A stretch of DNA of 63,406 bases, counting the filler, from Basidiobolus ranarum (lineage: Eukaryota): assembly GCA_040143965.1 (NCBI GenBank). It is 27 parts of 27 records of this genome, joined end to end, with 100 filler letters (N's around TTAATTAATTAA, not from the genome) between each part and the next. Parts side by side here need not be neighbours in the genome. Positions count along the whole stretch, not along the records: positions 49,440 to 51,684 come from JASJQH010003585.1; positions 51,785 to 54,029 come from JASJQH010003586.1; positions 54,130 to 56,374 come from JASJQH010003587.1; positions 56,475 to 58,719 come from JASJQH010003588.1; positions 58,820 to 61,063 come from JASJQH010003589.1; positions 61,164 to 63,406 come from JASJQH010003590.1; 21 more parts are not named here. The stretch is one strand, 5' to 3'. Position numbers and translations under genes: made by a program. Positions 50,962 to 63,406 of this stretch are shown here, one piece after another (positions within the stretch are counted from its first letter, which is position 1; the number at the start of each line of letters is the position of its first letter). Under the pieces are notes generated by a model. The model ran no database searches and had not been told where the DNA came from. It was given only the letters and a program-made list of their open reading frames with translations.

Positions 50962-51299
50962 AGTTCTAGGACCAGGTGAAAAATGTTTAGTTGCACCCTG
51001 CACGTTGTATCCCCCTCCATTATAGCCAAATCTTATACTGAGCGTCTTGGGAGGGGGACTACTAGCGCTAAGATACATCTTATGGGAAAAGCAAGCGTAT
51101 CTTTCAAGAGCTCCTCAATGAAGGAGGGAATTATCCTCGAATCAAGAGTGCTTCTCATAGTTCTATAATATTTTACTACTAACCTAGTTATTTGTTTATG
51201 GTGATTATAATATTCGGCTGAAGCAGCATATGATGAAGCGATTGTTTATTTTACATTGTAATGGCAGTGAAATACTATATTAAAGCACTAATGGCCATT

Positions 51300-51590
51300 C
51301 TAGTTGGAATTGGCATCCATGCGAATATCTCCTTTTGTGGCTCCAACTTTACCCTCAGCTTGCATTTGTTCGTTTCCAATGGCTGAACCAACAGTATCTT
51401 TGACATTACCCTTGAGTTTCTCACCAGCACCTTGAGCATATCCTTGTGCCTGGGCAGCCTTGTACTCGGCATCAGCTTGAGCTTGTTTGGCTGCTCCTTC
51501 AGCTTGCATTTGTTCATTACCGAGGACGCTTCCAGCAGTTTCTTGAACGTAACCAGTGGCGTATTTGACGTTGGCGTTGACTTTATCCAT
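51300..51590 (-). CDS. CsbD-like stress protein, copy C
   Basis: 95 of 96 aa identical to copy B (one K-to-Q change). Confidence 0.9.
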   Translation of the reverse strand: MDKVNANVKYATGYVQETAGSVLGNEQMQAEGAAKQAQADAEYKAAQAQGYAQGAGEKLKGNVKDTVGSAIGNEQMQAEGKVGATKGDIRMDANSN

Positions 51591-52149
51591 GTTGATTTGA
51601 TTGTTGTTTGAGTGAAAATTGTTTGCACACTTAACGAGGATACCTACGTGCTTTTATAATGTGTTGCTCAGTAATCACATGGTTNNNNNNNNNNNNNNNN
51701 NNNNNNNNNNNNNNNNNNNNNNNNNNNNTTAATTAATTAANNNNNNNNNNNNNNNNNNNNNNNNNNNNNNNNNNNNNNNNNNNNGGAGTTTGTGTAATAA
51801 GATATAATAGATAAGTGGGGGTAATAAGACATACTTGTTATATAGATATAGAGATATACCTATTTAGAATATAGGGGCTATAGATACATTGCTTTTTGTT
51901 TCTGATATATGTATAATAACTAAAGTTAACTATGATGTTGAATAAAGATTAATTATCCAACAGAAAGTAAATATTTTGTAATTATTGTAAAAGAACTGGC
52001 CCTAAAACAAATATTGTGGTAATAGATTTTAAAGCACGAAAAACCCACCTAATATGGATATGTGCTTAGAACAGCAGATCATTTATTCATATCCACTTTA
52101 TCCAGGAGCACTAAGACAGATTCCTAGACATGGAGTGTTGATTCTAGAG

Positions 52150-53460
52150 CCTCCCAACAGTTTACAAATGAAGAACATTAATTTATGGATTATGAAGCAA
52201 TCCTAATTAGAAAGGTTTTCATGTGAGATGATCAAGCTTTGGATGACATAGAAATGGGATCAAGTCAAGTAAGTTTACTAGGGCTTCTAAGAGGAAGTGT
52301 ATACTTTCAAGGATAAACTACAGGTTCCAGATATTGCCAAGAATTTGATTCATGTATGCAAGGCTATCTCAGCAGGTCCAAAATTCCATTTCATAAGTCC
52401 ATATGCACTATCACTGATATGAATGGGCATTATTTGGCTTTGGGAGAACAGGATCAAAACTTATACAAGCTTATATCTTATTCAAGAGGTTTATCTGTCA
52501 ATATTAGTTTTATCAATCAAGAAAGTATTCCGATGTGGTACATGACATTGGCCATATTGGATTGAATTATTTGAACTAAAAAATCACAAGTTTCATAATT
52601 TATGAATCCAAATTAACCTCCCTATTAAAATAGAAATTTGTGAAGGTTGAGTACACAAACAAAGCAAGATGACCATTTAGGAGCTCTAGTTGAATCAAAT
52701 CTGTCATAACATTGGATCTAATTCATTCTGATTTGTGTAAACCTTTAAAATTTATTGTCAAGCAGAAAATGATATATAGGCTTATTTATTGATAATTATA
52801 CAAGATAAACCTGGTTCTAATTAATGAAAAGCAATGGAGTAGCACTCCGTATCTTCAGAGATTTTGAAGCTGTTGTGAGGCTGAAACTGCAACTAGAATC
52901 AAGAAAACATCAATTATTAATCGTTGAGAATATACTTCAATACTATTAAATTACTTTTGCAAAGTTCATGAAGTTTGGCAAGCACTTACTGCCACCTATT
53001 CACCGCAAGAAAAAGGAGCTGTGGATAAAGCTAAGTAGACTATTGTAAAAACTCAAGATCCAGTTGAAATGCCCAAAATATTCTCACAATTTTTGTGATG
53101 AATATGTTGCTACTGCTATAAACCTGCTGAATAGGAGTTTGACAGGAAATTTGTCAAACTCTAGAGCATATCAATTTTGGTTTGGTGTTAAACCTGATGT
53201 AAAACATTTTAGGATCAATGGATGTTGGTGTTATGTCAAAATTCTGAAAAAATATTAGTCTAAATTTGACAAAAAAGTAAGAATTGCACAGTTCTGTGCT
53301 ACTCATACTAAGGCCCGCAGACTTTACAATACCAGAACTTCAAAGTTAATCAAGCCAAGGGATGTTTTGTGTGATGACAAGCACAATATCTCACCAAAAA
53401 TGATCCCACATGATGATAAAATTAAGTGTCAACCAATCTATTTATTCCAATTGACACTAA
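52150..53460 (+). mobile_element. Highly degenerate Ty1/copia protease-integrase (related to 35345-37395)
   Basis: LDLIHSDLC, TYSPQEKGAV, WFGVKPDVKHFRINGCWCYV; nucleotide similarity to the 35345-37395 copy. Confidence 0.85.
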
Positions 53461-53519
53461 CAAGAACAGTCATACTTTTGAAAATATTCCTCAAGCACTT
53501 CTGCTATTTTTATATGTAC

Positions 53520-54006
53520 ATGTAGTGTGATACTACTGAGGGTCCTTTGAGGTGTTGTTGTTGCTTTTTGCTTGTCTTTAAGTTTGGAGCTTATTTCAAC
53601 ACTTTGAAAAGTAACAGTTGAGCCTGGAAAGCCAGAAGTCTTATTTGCTGTTGTTTATGCTTGTTGAGAAGTGCCAGGTGTTAGATTTATTTCCAAATTT
53701 AACAGTCTTCCAACTTGTGTATCTGATTCCATGGTAAAAATAAGCCTTGTTGCCAGTATATCTGACTCTGGAAATACATATCTTCATAAGGGTGTGAAGA
53801 TTATGGTAAGTGGGACAGCAGAGCATAAACACACTGGCTCCTTTGCTTTGGCCTTTGATTTACTAACTTTCTGCTCCTTGAGGTCTTTTTTTGTTGCTTT
53901 TCATATTTTTCAAGTCAATAATTACATACATTTTTGAGATGCTTCATGAATAGGCCTATACTAGCCCAACTACCTTTTGCTTGCAATATACCCAGGATAA
54001 GCCACA
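53520..54006 (-). mobile_element. CACTA ORF2 fragment
   Basis: Reverse complement aligns to 13200-13700. Confidence 0.85.
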
Positions 54007-55875
54007 TTATATATATCATGACACGTCTGNNNNNNNNNNNNNNNNNNNNNNNNNNNNNNNNNNNNNNNNNNNNTTAATTAATTAANNNNNNNNNNNNNNN
54101 NNNNNNNNNNNNNNNNNNNNNNNNNNNNNGGCAGGTGGTGATATTAATGTTACAGTGGGAGTGTACAAAATGAGTGTATTAAATGCCACAACATCAGCAA
54201 TTTTTGCCAGAAATGCCACAAGAGCCCAAATGCTCAGGCTCAAGGTGTCTTTAGTGCAAGCATCCTGTAAAATTCTCAAGTGATTTGGCATTGAAGCAAA
54301 CACTCTCCTTTGATAGCACCATTTTTTGGAAAAGCTAATGAATTAGTGAGTGAGACATACATTCCCATAATCACATCATGCTTGCAGTCTAACACCAATT
54401 GAAGAGCTGATATGGCAAGTTAAAATGGAGATGGAACTAATGACTGATCCCCAAAAAGAGTTGGACGTAGTAGCAAACTCTCCAAGAAATACAGTCTCAC
54501 AAAGAATACCAAAAACAAAAAAGTGCAAACCAGCCCCTGGACAAGAATGAAAACATCACAGGTTGTATAATACTTTTCTTTAATCAGCAATGGCTATCAG
54601 GGAGGGTTAGGGTTATTGGGCAGCATCAAAAAGATGATTAGGGTTATGGTATACACTTTAACATTATTCCAAAAGTGCAAATGATACTAAAACGCTTGAA
54701 ATTTAAAGGTGAAGAAAGCCAAACAAATTGGTGAAAAGATGGTACTGTAGCTGTATCAGATTCACCTTCTACATTAGTTCCTATTTCTTGCTTGCATTTC
54801 AGGTAATCCCGCATAAATTATTACTCATTACATGTCAGTATATGTTTACCAGAGAAGCCTGTTTTCCAATTTTGTGGTTATATGCCAGCACTTAATTTCT
54901 TACTTCACTGTCACTATCACCTCCTTCATGATACTTTTTAATCAGATCAACTAAATCTGCTTAGTAGATGGTATATTAAAGAGGCTTCAATCACAAAATC
55001 AGTGTTACAAGCTAGATAGAATCATTTATTATAATATATATATGAAGGAAAATACACTAGAATACACATCAACCAATACCAATACAGATATGCATCAAAC
55101 ACTTAGCTAACTCATTGCCTCAGTATTGCTTGCTCAAATAACACATTCAGCCCCTTCCGGTTGATATTCTAATTGCCATAGAAATCCAAAGCTACTAGAG
55201 CAGTTGGAAAACTACAACCTGGTCAAAATGAATCTACAGAGCCAATATTGAGCACTGCAAATCCATCAGAGCCAGTCTCACTACTCAAGCAGGTGCTTAC
55301 AACTGTCTCTAGAAAACACAACAACTTGAACAATGCTAACATCAACAATCAAGGGAACTCTGATGTCAAGTATCAGTCTGGACCTAGCTTTGAAGTGCAT
55401 GGTAGTTCTGTTGAATCAAACCAAGGAGAGTTTCTAGACTCTGGTTTTAATGGCAATAGTGCTATTGCACCTCAAGTATATGGAATGCCATGGGATTCTG
55501 GGAATGGGATGGATATTGCTCTGACACCACCAGTGGAAGATCCTAGTTTCCAAAAGGGTACACTGCCCCAAGTTTTGGATTATGAGTTGACAGGAGATAG
55601 CAGTAACTCACAAGAAATAGATGACTCAACTATGGAAGATAGTACACCACAAGATATACCCTCCCAACTAATAAGCACTTTGGGTCAAGCTCTATCTCAA
55701 CAAGCCTTACCTGATCAAATTCAAGGCAATTTGGCATAAGCCAGCCATGCCCTTTCTGATTTCAATCAGTTTGACCAAGCACAGAAGATTGAACAAACAC
55801 TATATCAGCCTTCTTCACCTAATGAAGCTCTAGAGGCTCCAGAGGACAAAAGCCCTGAAGAAACTGAGGAGTCAG

Positions 55876-56363
55876 TGTTGTGCACCAACATACAAAGTTG
55901 TTTAACTTGCACCATATCTATACAACTTACATGAATATATATTTAGTTTATCATTATCGCTAACTAGTCACCTGACCTTATCCAGTGACTTTATCGTGTG
56001 ACCTATCACCTGACTAAGTATCTATTTGCTTATCCCTTCTATCAGATCATATGACCTATCACATGATCATTATCCAATCAGTATTAACCTTTGAGTCATC
56101 TGCCTAGACACAAGTCAATTTAAGTCACAAGATTCATGACCAATGATCTTTCACTGTCAAGACTTCAGCTGATGCATGACTCACTTATCTATCTATCTAT
56201 CTATCCAATCACATTTTCTTTTATCAGCATTAGTCATCTAATATCTTGGCGCTGACTAATTCACTTTGCTATCAAAAAGTATAAATAAAGCTAACTGAAC
56301 CTTTTGGTTTAGTGTGTGTCTCAACAAATATAGGATCTCAACACTTCTCAGTGTTCCTCAACA
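55876..56363 (+). repeat. Probable LTR (TGTTG...CAACA) with short internal repeats
   Basis: Inverted 5-bp termini, repeated atcac(c/a)tgac motifs, (ATCT)n, and tataaataaa near the 3' end; no TSD seen. Confidence 0.5.
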
Positions 56364-56474
56364 AATTCAATATTNNNNNNNNNNNNNNNNNNNNNNNNNN
56401 NNNNNNNNNNNNNNNNNNTTAATTAATTAANNNNNNNNNNNNNNNNNNNNNNNNNNNNNNNNNNNNNNNNNNNN

Positions 56475-57552
56475 GACTGAATCTATGCTGGTATTCAATA
56501 CTTTCCCTGCTGCATCTTTCCCAATGCTCAGTGATTATAGGCACTTGCTATACATTCTGAGAGTTCCCAATGGAGTGCATCTGCAGTGAAATGATGCTCT
56601 GTGTAAAATTATCAGTATTACTTGATGCTAATCTGATTAGCAATGAATCAGCAAAATCAGTGATGGATGTAATACAATGGGTTAAGGAGACTCCAAAGTA
56701 TATTAACCTGCCAACAAAGGGCTCTTTTCAATGTGCTCATCGTTTTTTTGCATTGTTTGAGCAAAATTACAGCAACTAAAGCCCAATCCATGGACATGGA
56801 GTAGGAACCTCTATAATTTGACACTAACTTATTTGTGCAATAATCTGATGGTATTTCTTAGAAAGCCAAAAGACAGACTTCTTGGTGAGATAGATTGAGA
56901 TATGCAGTATTACTGTTTTAGCCATGGGATAATCTAATCAATCAATGACACATCTACTTGTAGCACAATGTTTGTTAACAGCAAGTCAGGGATATTTTAG
57001 CTGAAATCTTTACAGAAATTTGCCAAAATGCAAGAGCTTATTATCATTGTGAATGGTAACAAGAGTGAGCTATTTGACAAGTGTCAGTGCAATTTGAAAT
57101 TTCAAATGTTTAGCAATTTTCCACCATTAGTTTTCTGGTAAATCATATTGATGTTGCTTAGTTATGTCTGATCAGTTAAGTATGTGCATATGTAGAGACT
57201 AAATCCAACAAGATTCCTGTATTTTTTGTTTCTCATTATGGCCAGAGTACAAAGCCAAAAATATCTAAATAAAGGTATGCATATTAATTCAAATTCCTTC
57301 AGCAGTAAACCCAGTAATTTACCATACAAAAATTAGTTACTTGCAGAAATTGCCAGAAATTAAATAATGTAGGCCAAATTTATGGATCAATATTTTAACA
57401 TGTATGAATACAGTCAAGATACTGTCAAGAAGCCATTGTCACACCATCAAAATCCCTGGCAGAATGCAAGCCACCAATGTTGTGACAGTTGTGTGACTGT
57501 ATTACAATTCCTAAGGGTGGATCAAATCAAGATCAAGTTGATTTTATTTTTG
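56475..57552 (+). mobile_element. CACTA transposase C-terminus and downstream sequence
   Basis: The first ~165 bp align to 2097-2261 (HL...G.CYTF.EFPME) and extend about 900 bp beyond the end of contig 1. Confidence 0.88.
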
Positions 57553-57554
57553 TT

Positions 57555-58719
57555 ACAGCTTAATCAAGATAATTGAACACAACTGTTGCCTCTTACTGGA
57601 TTTGCTTACAACAACTCTTATCATTCCTCATTAAAATAGACTCCTTTCTTTGGAAATTATGAATTCCATCTTTGTTTCACAATTCACCCCTAATCCAATC
57701 TACCTTGACCTGCTGTCTCAGATCATGCCACTTTCATTAAAGACATTCATAGACAATTAATATCCAATTTGAAGCATGCTCAATCCCAATACAAGCACTT
57801 TGCTGATCAGAAAAGAAAGCCAAACCCAGATCTCAAGCTGGGAAATTATGTATGGCTACTCCATAAAAATATCAAGACCACTAGACCTTGTGACAAACTT
57901 GATTGTAAAAGACCAGGGCCTTTCAAGATTTTTGAGCAAATCAATTAAGTAGCCTTCTGTCTTGAACTCCAAGACCATTTCAAACTTCACAAAGAAATCC
58001 ATTTGTCTCTAATAGAGTCACATTCCAGAAATAACTTTCAGGGTCAATCAATTGACTCACCCCCAGCAATCCAAGTTGAAGAACACCCTGAATATAACGT
58101 TAGCAAATTTCTAGATTCCAGAATATATTGAAGTAAATTCCAATATTATGAGGATTGGAAGGGATACTCAACAAATGATGAATCATGGGAGCTAGCAACA
58201 AATCTTTCCAATTCTAAGGAGCTTTGCCAGGAGTTTCATGAAGCCTCTGCAGAAAAACCTGGCCCTATGATGTCTGGAAGCCATCACTAAAGTAGGGGAT
58301 ACTGTCAGGATTCTGATCTCAGCATACTCATCTGCTGCAAATAGAACTCTTCTAGGATTAGCTTATGACATCATATCTACTGTGCCATCCATTCTTCATT
58401 ATTTTGTGCTAGTTCATCTAGGTAACCTTATATGGAAGTCATGCTCTTTGGAACATTCCATGTAACCTAATCAATAATGTCATCCCACACATAGTGTATT
58501 TCCACCTTGACCTTCCATGGAAGGTCACCTGCTCATCCTTACCTTGTCCTTACATCTTCCCTGTTTGTATTGGTCCTTGTAGTCCCCAACACCCCAACAC
58601 TTGAACTTGCCACATTATATTCCCTATTCTGTATATTATGTTTCACCCTGCAATATCTATAAAAGCACCATGTATTCCTTGATCAGACCTCAGTCTGATC
58701 AATGCCTGTTATCAATAAA
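57555..58719 (+). mobile_element. Chromodomain Ty3/gypsy 3' end: integrase C-terminus, chromodomain, PPT and 3' LTR (TG at 58303)
   Basis: Aligns to 19120-19734; DWKGYSTNDESWE chromodomain; aagtagggga PPT; TATAAAA and AATAAA inside the LTR. Confidence 0.9.
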
Positions 58720-58819
58720 NNNNNNNNNNNNNNNNNNNNNNNNNNNNNNNNNNNNNNNNNNNNTTAATTAATTAANNNNNNNNNNNNNNNNNNNNNNNNN
58801 NNNNNNNNNNNNNNNNNNN

Positions 58820-61063
58820 CCATAGAACCAGGTCCACCAGTTGAAAGAGTGCTAAATTTGGAAATTTATCCAACACCTGGCACCTCTCAACAAGCCAAAA
58901 CACTAGCAAATAAAACTCATGGCTCTCCAACCTCAACCTGTCCTTTCCAAAGTTTTGAAGTCAGTCCCAAAGCTAAAGGCAAGCAAAAAGCCTCACAAAC
59001 ATCACAAAGCACCCTCAGTAGTGTCACACTACAAGGATGTATGAAAATTGTAGAAGTACTTGAGGAGTATTTTCAAAGGTATGAAGGGAAAAATGCAGTG
59101 CAAGTATGCAGAAAGTGGCTTCAGAAGAAGAACATTCAACTTGACATTCAGTATGGTGTTCACCACACATATATCTGGGAACAACTTAATACAGAGTGGC
59201 ACAATGTTGCAGGTTATCCACCAGATAGCTGGAAGAATGTTGATTCAGCAATGTTAATACAATGGTGAGCTATGATGGACATCAAAGCAAGTGATGGCAG
59301 CTCTGACATTCAGAGTCTTTTAGGTTGCCAGTTTTGCTATGCAATTTCTACTTTCATGTGCCCAAGCACTTTCTGGTCATTATGTAGGCTTAATGGTTCA
59401 GCACATATTTTGCTCTGCTAGATTTTCATGGTGATGTTCATGAGTATGGTGAGGGATTGATTAAAACCCTGCATGAGAATGGATGGAGGGAGCAGAATGT
59501 TACTGTAGTTCAAGTACAGCATTCTGAAGGTCTTGTATCATCATTGAGTTAGTCTCTTACAGTTGACTAGTTTCTTCCAAAATCTGCATTATTTCCAACA
59601 TTAGAGCATTGTTGCTTGTCATGGGCTTTATATTAACTTTGTAGTTTTGCTTATGATTGCATACAAATCCTGATGGTATTCTGGCTGCAATTCCCTTATT
59701 TTGACAATGTAATCCAAATTTTCTGTTGACAGTTGTTCAATAGTGGACAAAGTAGCCATTTTTGAAGCTGATGGTCGTGATGGTGTTTTAGTTGAACTTT
59801 ACTCAACTATTGACTTACTACATAATTGGGTGATTACAATCTCTTCACTCACACTATTGCTGGTAAAGGAACACCCCTGGTAAATTGACTGATACTTCTG
59901 CTTTACTGGAGTGAGTTTCTGGCATATTAATACCTTCCAAAGCACATAGTGGATTGCTAGACTGCTCATCAATTAAGACCTCAGTTCCTGTTAGTTTTTT
60001 TCCTTTAGTGGCAGCAGCCTTTGGCTTGGAAGCCAATTTTGATTTAGATTTTGAATGATTTGTGAATAGCATTGAAATTTTCAGATGGTAAACTTGATGT
60101 AATGAAATTGCCATCCATTACCAGATGTTTCTTATAAATCCACTGATGACTTATTTGTGGCATCATCTCAGAATCAGCTGATGATATTGATGGGCTATAA
60201 CAAAAATATCATTTTAACATATGAGTTGTGCTTTTTTACTCAATATCCTTCTCATGCTGCAACACATATGTTTAAAGAAGCCCTGCTATTATTGTCACCA
60301 ATTTTTGTGCTATGACAGCTGGAGGCTTCATAGACAAAATAATCATGAGCCTGGTCACTGTACAAAGCCACCAGCTACACAAAGCCTGGTGAATATCAAC
60401 AGTAATAAGTGCACAAAATTACCTTTAGTTTTGCCAACTAAGTCCACTGACTGTACTTTGCCTCAAAGTTTTGGTAACACTGACATAAGTCAAGATACCA
60501 TGGAACTAATATATCCCTGACTTGCAGTCAACAAATGTCCTGCCACAGGTAAATGTGTCATTGCTTGAACGGATTACTCCATTGCTAAAACAATAATACT
60601 GTGTATCTTGATCTATATCACCAAGAAGTCTGTCTTGCAGCTTTCCTAAAACTACCATCAGATTATCACACAAGCAAATTAGTCTGATTATAGAGGTATT
60701 TACTCTCTGTCCATGGATTAGGCTTTGCTGCTGTTATTGTGCTCAAACAATGCAAAAACCAGTGAGCACATTGAAAAGAGTCCTTTGTTGCTAGTTTATT
60801 ATACTCTGGAGTCTCCTTAACCCATCACATTATATCCATCACAGATTTTGCTGATACATTGCTAATTCAATTAGCATACAGTAATACTGACAATTTCACA
60901 TGTAGAATCATTTCAGCACAGGTGCGCTCCATTGGGAACTCCCGAAAGTATAGCAAGGGCCTATGATCTCTAAGCATTGTGAGAGATGCAGCAGGAAATG
61001 TCTTAAATACTGGCATAGATTCAGTCTATCTTCTTTAAACCTGTAATAAAGTTATTCATATCC
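58820..61063. mobile_element. Rearranged CACTA pieces: ORF2 C-terminus (+, to 59268); ORF2 N-terminus (-) with transposase N-terminus (+) (59281-60510); transposase C-terminus (-, 60510-61063)
   Basis: Each block aligns to other copies; orientation switches near 59275 and 60510. Confidence 0.88.
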
Positions 61064-62036
61064 NNNNNNNNNNNNNNNNNNNNNNNNNNNNNNNNNNNNN
61101 NNNNNNNTTAATTAATTAANNNNNNNNNNNNNNNNNNNNNNNNNNNNNNNNNNNNNNNNNNNNCTGCTGAATACTCTTGTAAATACTTACATTATCCTAT
61201 CTTTACTGTGTAGCACATCATTCAAAATTAATATGGAGTGCAGTCAAATATAGCATAAATTGCTTTAGTTGGAGCACAATCACTTATGTCTTTGTGATAC
61301 ACTAACAGTGTGAAATTGTCATATATCAAAAAAATCAATGATAGCTTATTAATAGCAGCAATTTTACTGCAATTAAATGAAAAATGTCTTTCAATAAAAG
61401 CTTGTGCAGCCATATTGGCTTGATATGGCTCTATCAGTTCACACTCTTGCTCAATTACAAGCTTACATGACTGAATGAATAAATTGTTGATCTAAAAATG
61501 ATGAATCAAGCAATCCTGGTTACCACTAACATAATGCAGATCAATTCATCCTTAAGTGCTGTGATTTGTCACCAATGTGCCAAAACTATTGGTGTTTTGT
61601 AATGCAGGAGCCATTGAGCCCAATTGAAAATCAGGATATTGTGTTGGTGAGAGACAAATGATTAACCTAAAAGCATGTGAATGTCTGGGTTATATATTTG
61701 ATTTGGTAAGGTACAGTATAGAATGTTTATTGTTACACATTCAGTAATTTGTAAGTTACAAACTAGGGGATGAACTTGCTTTGTCAGTTACTCAAAATCT
61801 TAATTAGGCAATACTAAATTGGGTAACTTACTATGGGCTGGCATGATATCTCCAAAAAAATCATCATGTGCAATTTTGGTGGGATAGAGTCATATTGTTC
61901 CTCATAGTGTCCAATTGAGTGTTCTAGGACCCAGCCATGGTAACTGACAGATTGCACCTGATGGTGTACTAGCAGGCAGGATTGAGTGGCACAATCTGAC
62001 CTGGTCCAATGGAACAAGTCTACATTATGCTCTACC

Positions 62037-63406
62037 TTAAGGTTTTGTTAAGATGAAAGCAATCATTTCTTCAGTAGGGCAATAAACAAGTTCAATTATA
62101 TCATTCTCTATCGCTTTTGTAACAAAATGATGTCTAATATCTATACATTTTGTTCTAGCATGAAATGTAGGGTTTTTAGCTAATAACATACAACTTTGAT
62201 TATGTTCAAATACAGTAATAGCAGGTTTTTGCATGTATCCTAAGTCTGTAAATAACCTCCTTAACCACATAGCTTCTTGTGTAGCAGCAGAGGCAGCCAT
62301 ATACTCTGCTTCCGTAGTAGAAAGTGCTATGGTTAGTTGCCTCTTACTATTCTACATTATGGCACCATTACCATAGAAAATCTACTTGGTTGTTGATCTT
62401 CTATCATCTAGGTTTCTTCCCCAGTCTACATCACTATAGCCTTCACAATTTTGTGCATCAGGAGTGGCAGCTTATTTCAGAACTAGATCTGCAGTTTCTC
62501 TTAAATACCTGAATATTTATTTTACTGCAGTTTTGTGCTGAGATCCTGGATTTTTGAGATATTGGCTGAGAGTTCCCACTGCCACAGCAATGTATGGATG
62601 TGTTCCAACCATTATATGCATTAAGTTCCCACCATGGATTGATTAGGGAACTCTTGGCTTTGATTTGAGTCATTGTGAGCCAAATCAGATAAAATTTTGA
62701 GTAATTTCCCATTGGGATCTATTGGTGTTGATAGAGGCATGCTATTCTCCATGTTAAAGTGTTTTAGGATATCTAGGATACTATAGACTGATTCAGCAAG
62801 ATTTTCTGATTGGGCTTATCTTTGTTAATTTGAATTCCAAGAATATGAAGTAATTCACACATATAAGTCATCTGAACTTGGTTTGATAAGCTGCTTTTTG
62901 CCCAATTAAGTGCTTCTAGATCATTTGTGGCTATGTTCAAGCCATCCACATATAGTGCCAAGATAAGGATCCTATTTCCCATTATTTGGATGTAAATACT
63001 GTGATCAGCTGTGCATCTTTGGAGTTGTAGTGATTCCTAATAAATATCTATCTTGTTGTACCATGCCCAGGGTGTTTGCTTGAGTCCATATAGCAACTTT
63101 TGCAGCTTACAGACTATATCAAGGTGTTTTGAGTCAACACATTCATCTGGTTGCTCTATATGGATCACTTCTTGTGGATTTCCATTCAGAAAGGCTGTTT
63201 TTGCATCCATTTGATGTAAATTGAGGTTATGGGTGGCTGAGAGTGCCAGGATTGAACCAATGCAGTTAAACATAGCTGCTAGAGCAAAGGTTTATTGAAA
63301 TCTACTCCTGGAGTCTGTGCATAACCTGTTGCAACTAATCCTGCTTTGTACCATTCTATGGTTCCAACAGCTTGGTTTTTGACTTTGTAGACCCATTTGT
63401 AACCTA
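62037..63406 (-). mobile_element. Ty1/copia RT-RNase H, degenerate
   Basis: HQMDAKTAFLNG, KLLYGLKQTPWAWY, LYVDGL, ATQEAMWLRRL, HARTKCIDIRHHFV. Confidence 0.95.

Noticed and set aside
54601-54650. Telomere-like TTAGGG units
   Set aside because: Only scattered one- or two-unit matches inside a contig; not a telomere.
55248-55739. 163-aa low-complexity ORF as a host gene
   Set aside because: Non-ATG start, CpG-depleted and flanked by stops; more likely decayed TE or repeat sequence, with no recognisable domain.

Overview
This window is not one locus. It is 27 unrelated short contigs, sorted by decreasing length (2261 down to 2243 bp) and joined by 26 artificial 100-bp spacers (44 N + TTAATTAATTAA + 44 N), so gene neighbourhood across spacers means nothing. 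The DNA is eukaryotic and almost certainly fungal (about 60-nt GT-AG introns, fungal-type proteins); an early-diverging lineage is an inference only. More than half is decayed, CpG-depleted transposon sequence: one recurrent CACTA/EnSpm-like DNA transposon with a transposase and an unrecognised ~550-aa ORF2 placed head-to-head, plus Ty1/copia, chromodomain Ty3/gypsy and several LTR families. Host genes or fragments are pyruvate kinase, SUB2/UAP56, CAC2, an F-box/LRR protein, an FAD-linked BBE/AA7-type oxidase, a peptidase S28 C-terminus, two related four-TM tetraspanin-like genes, a CsbD-like gene array and tRNA-Pro(CGG). There are also pseudogenes of uricase and of a short, intronless class I HMG-CoA reductase. 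The best novelty candidates are the bidirectional CACTA-like element with its orphan ORF2, the CsbD array, the possibly transferred HMGR, and a uricase fragment abutting a Helitron-like 3' end. No multi-gene system can be established from contigs this short.
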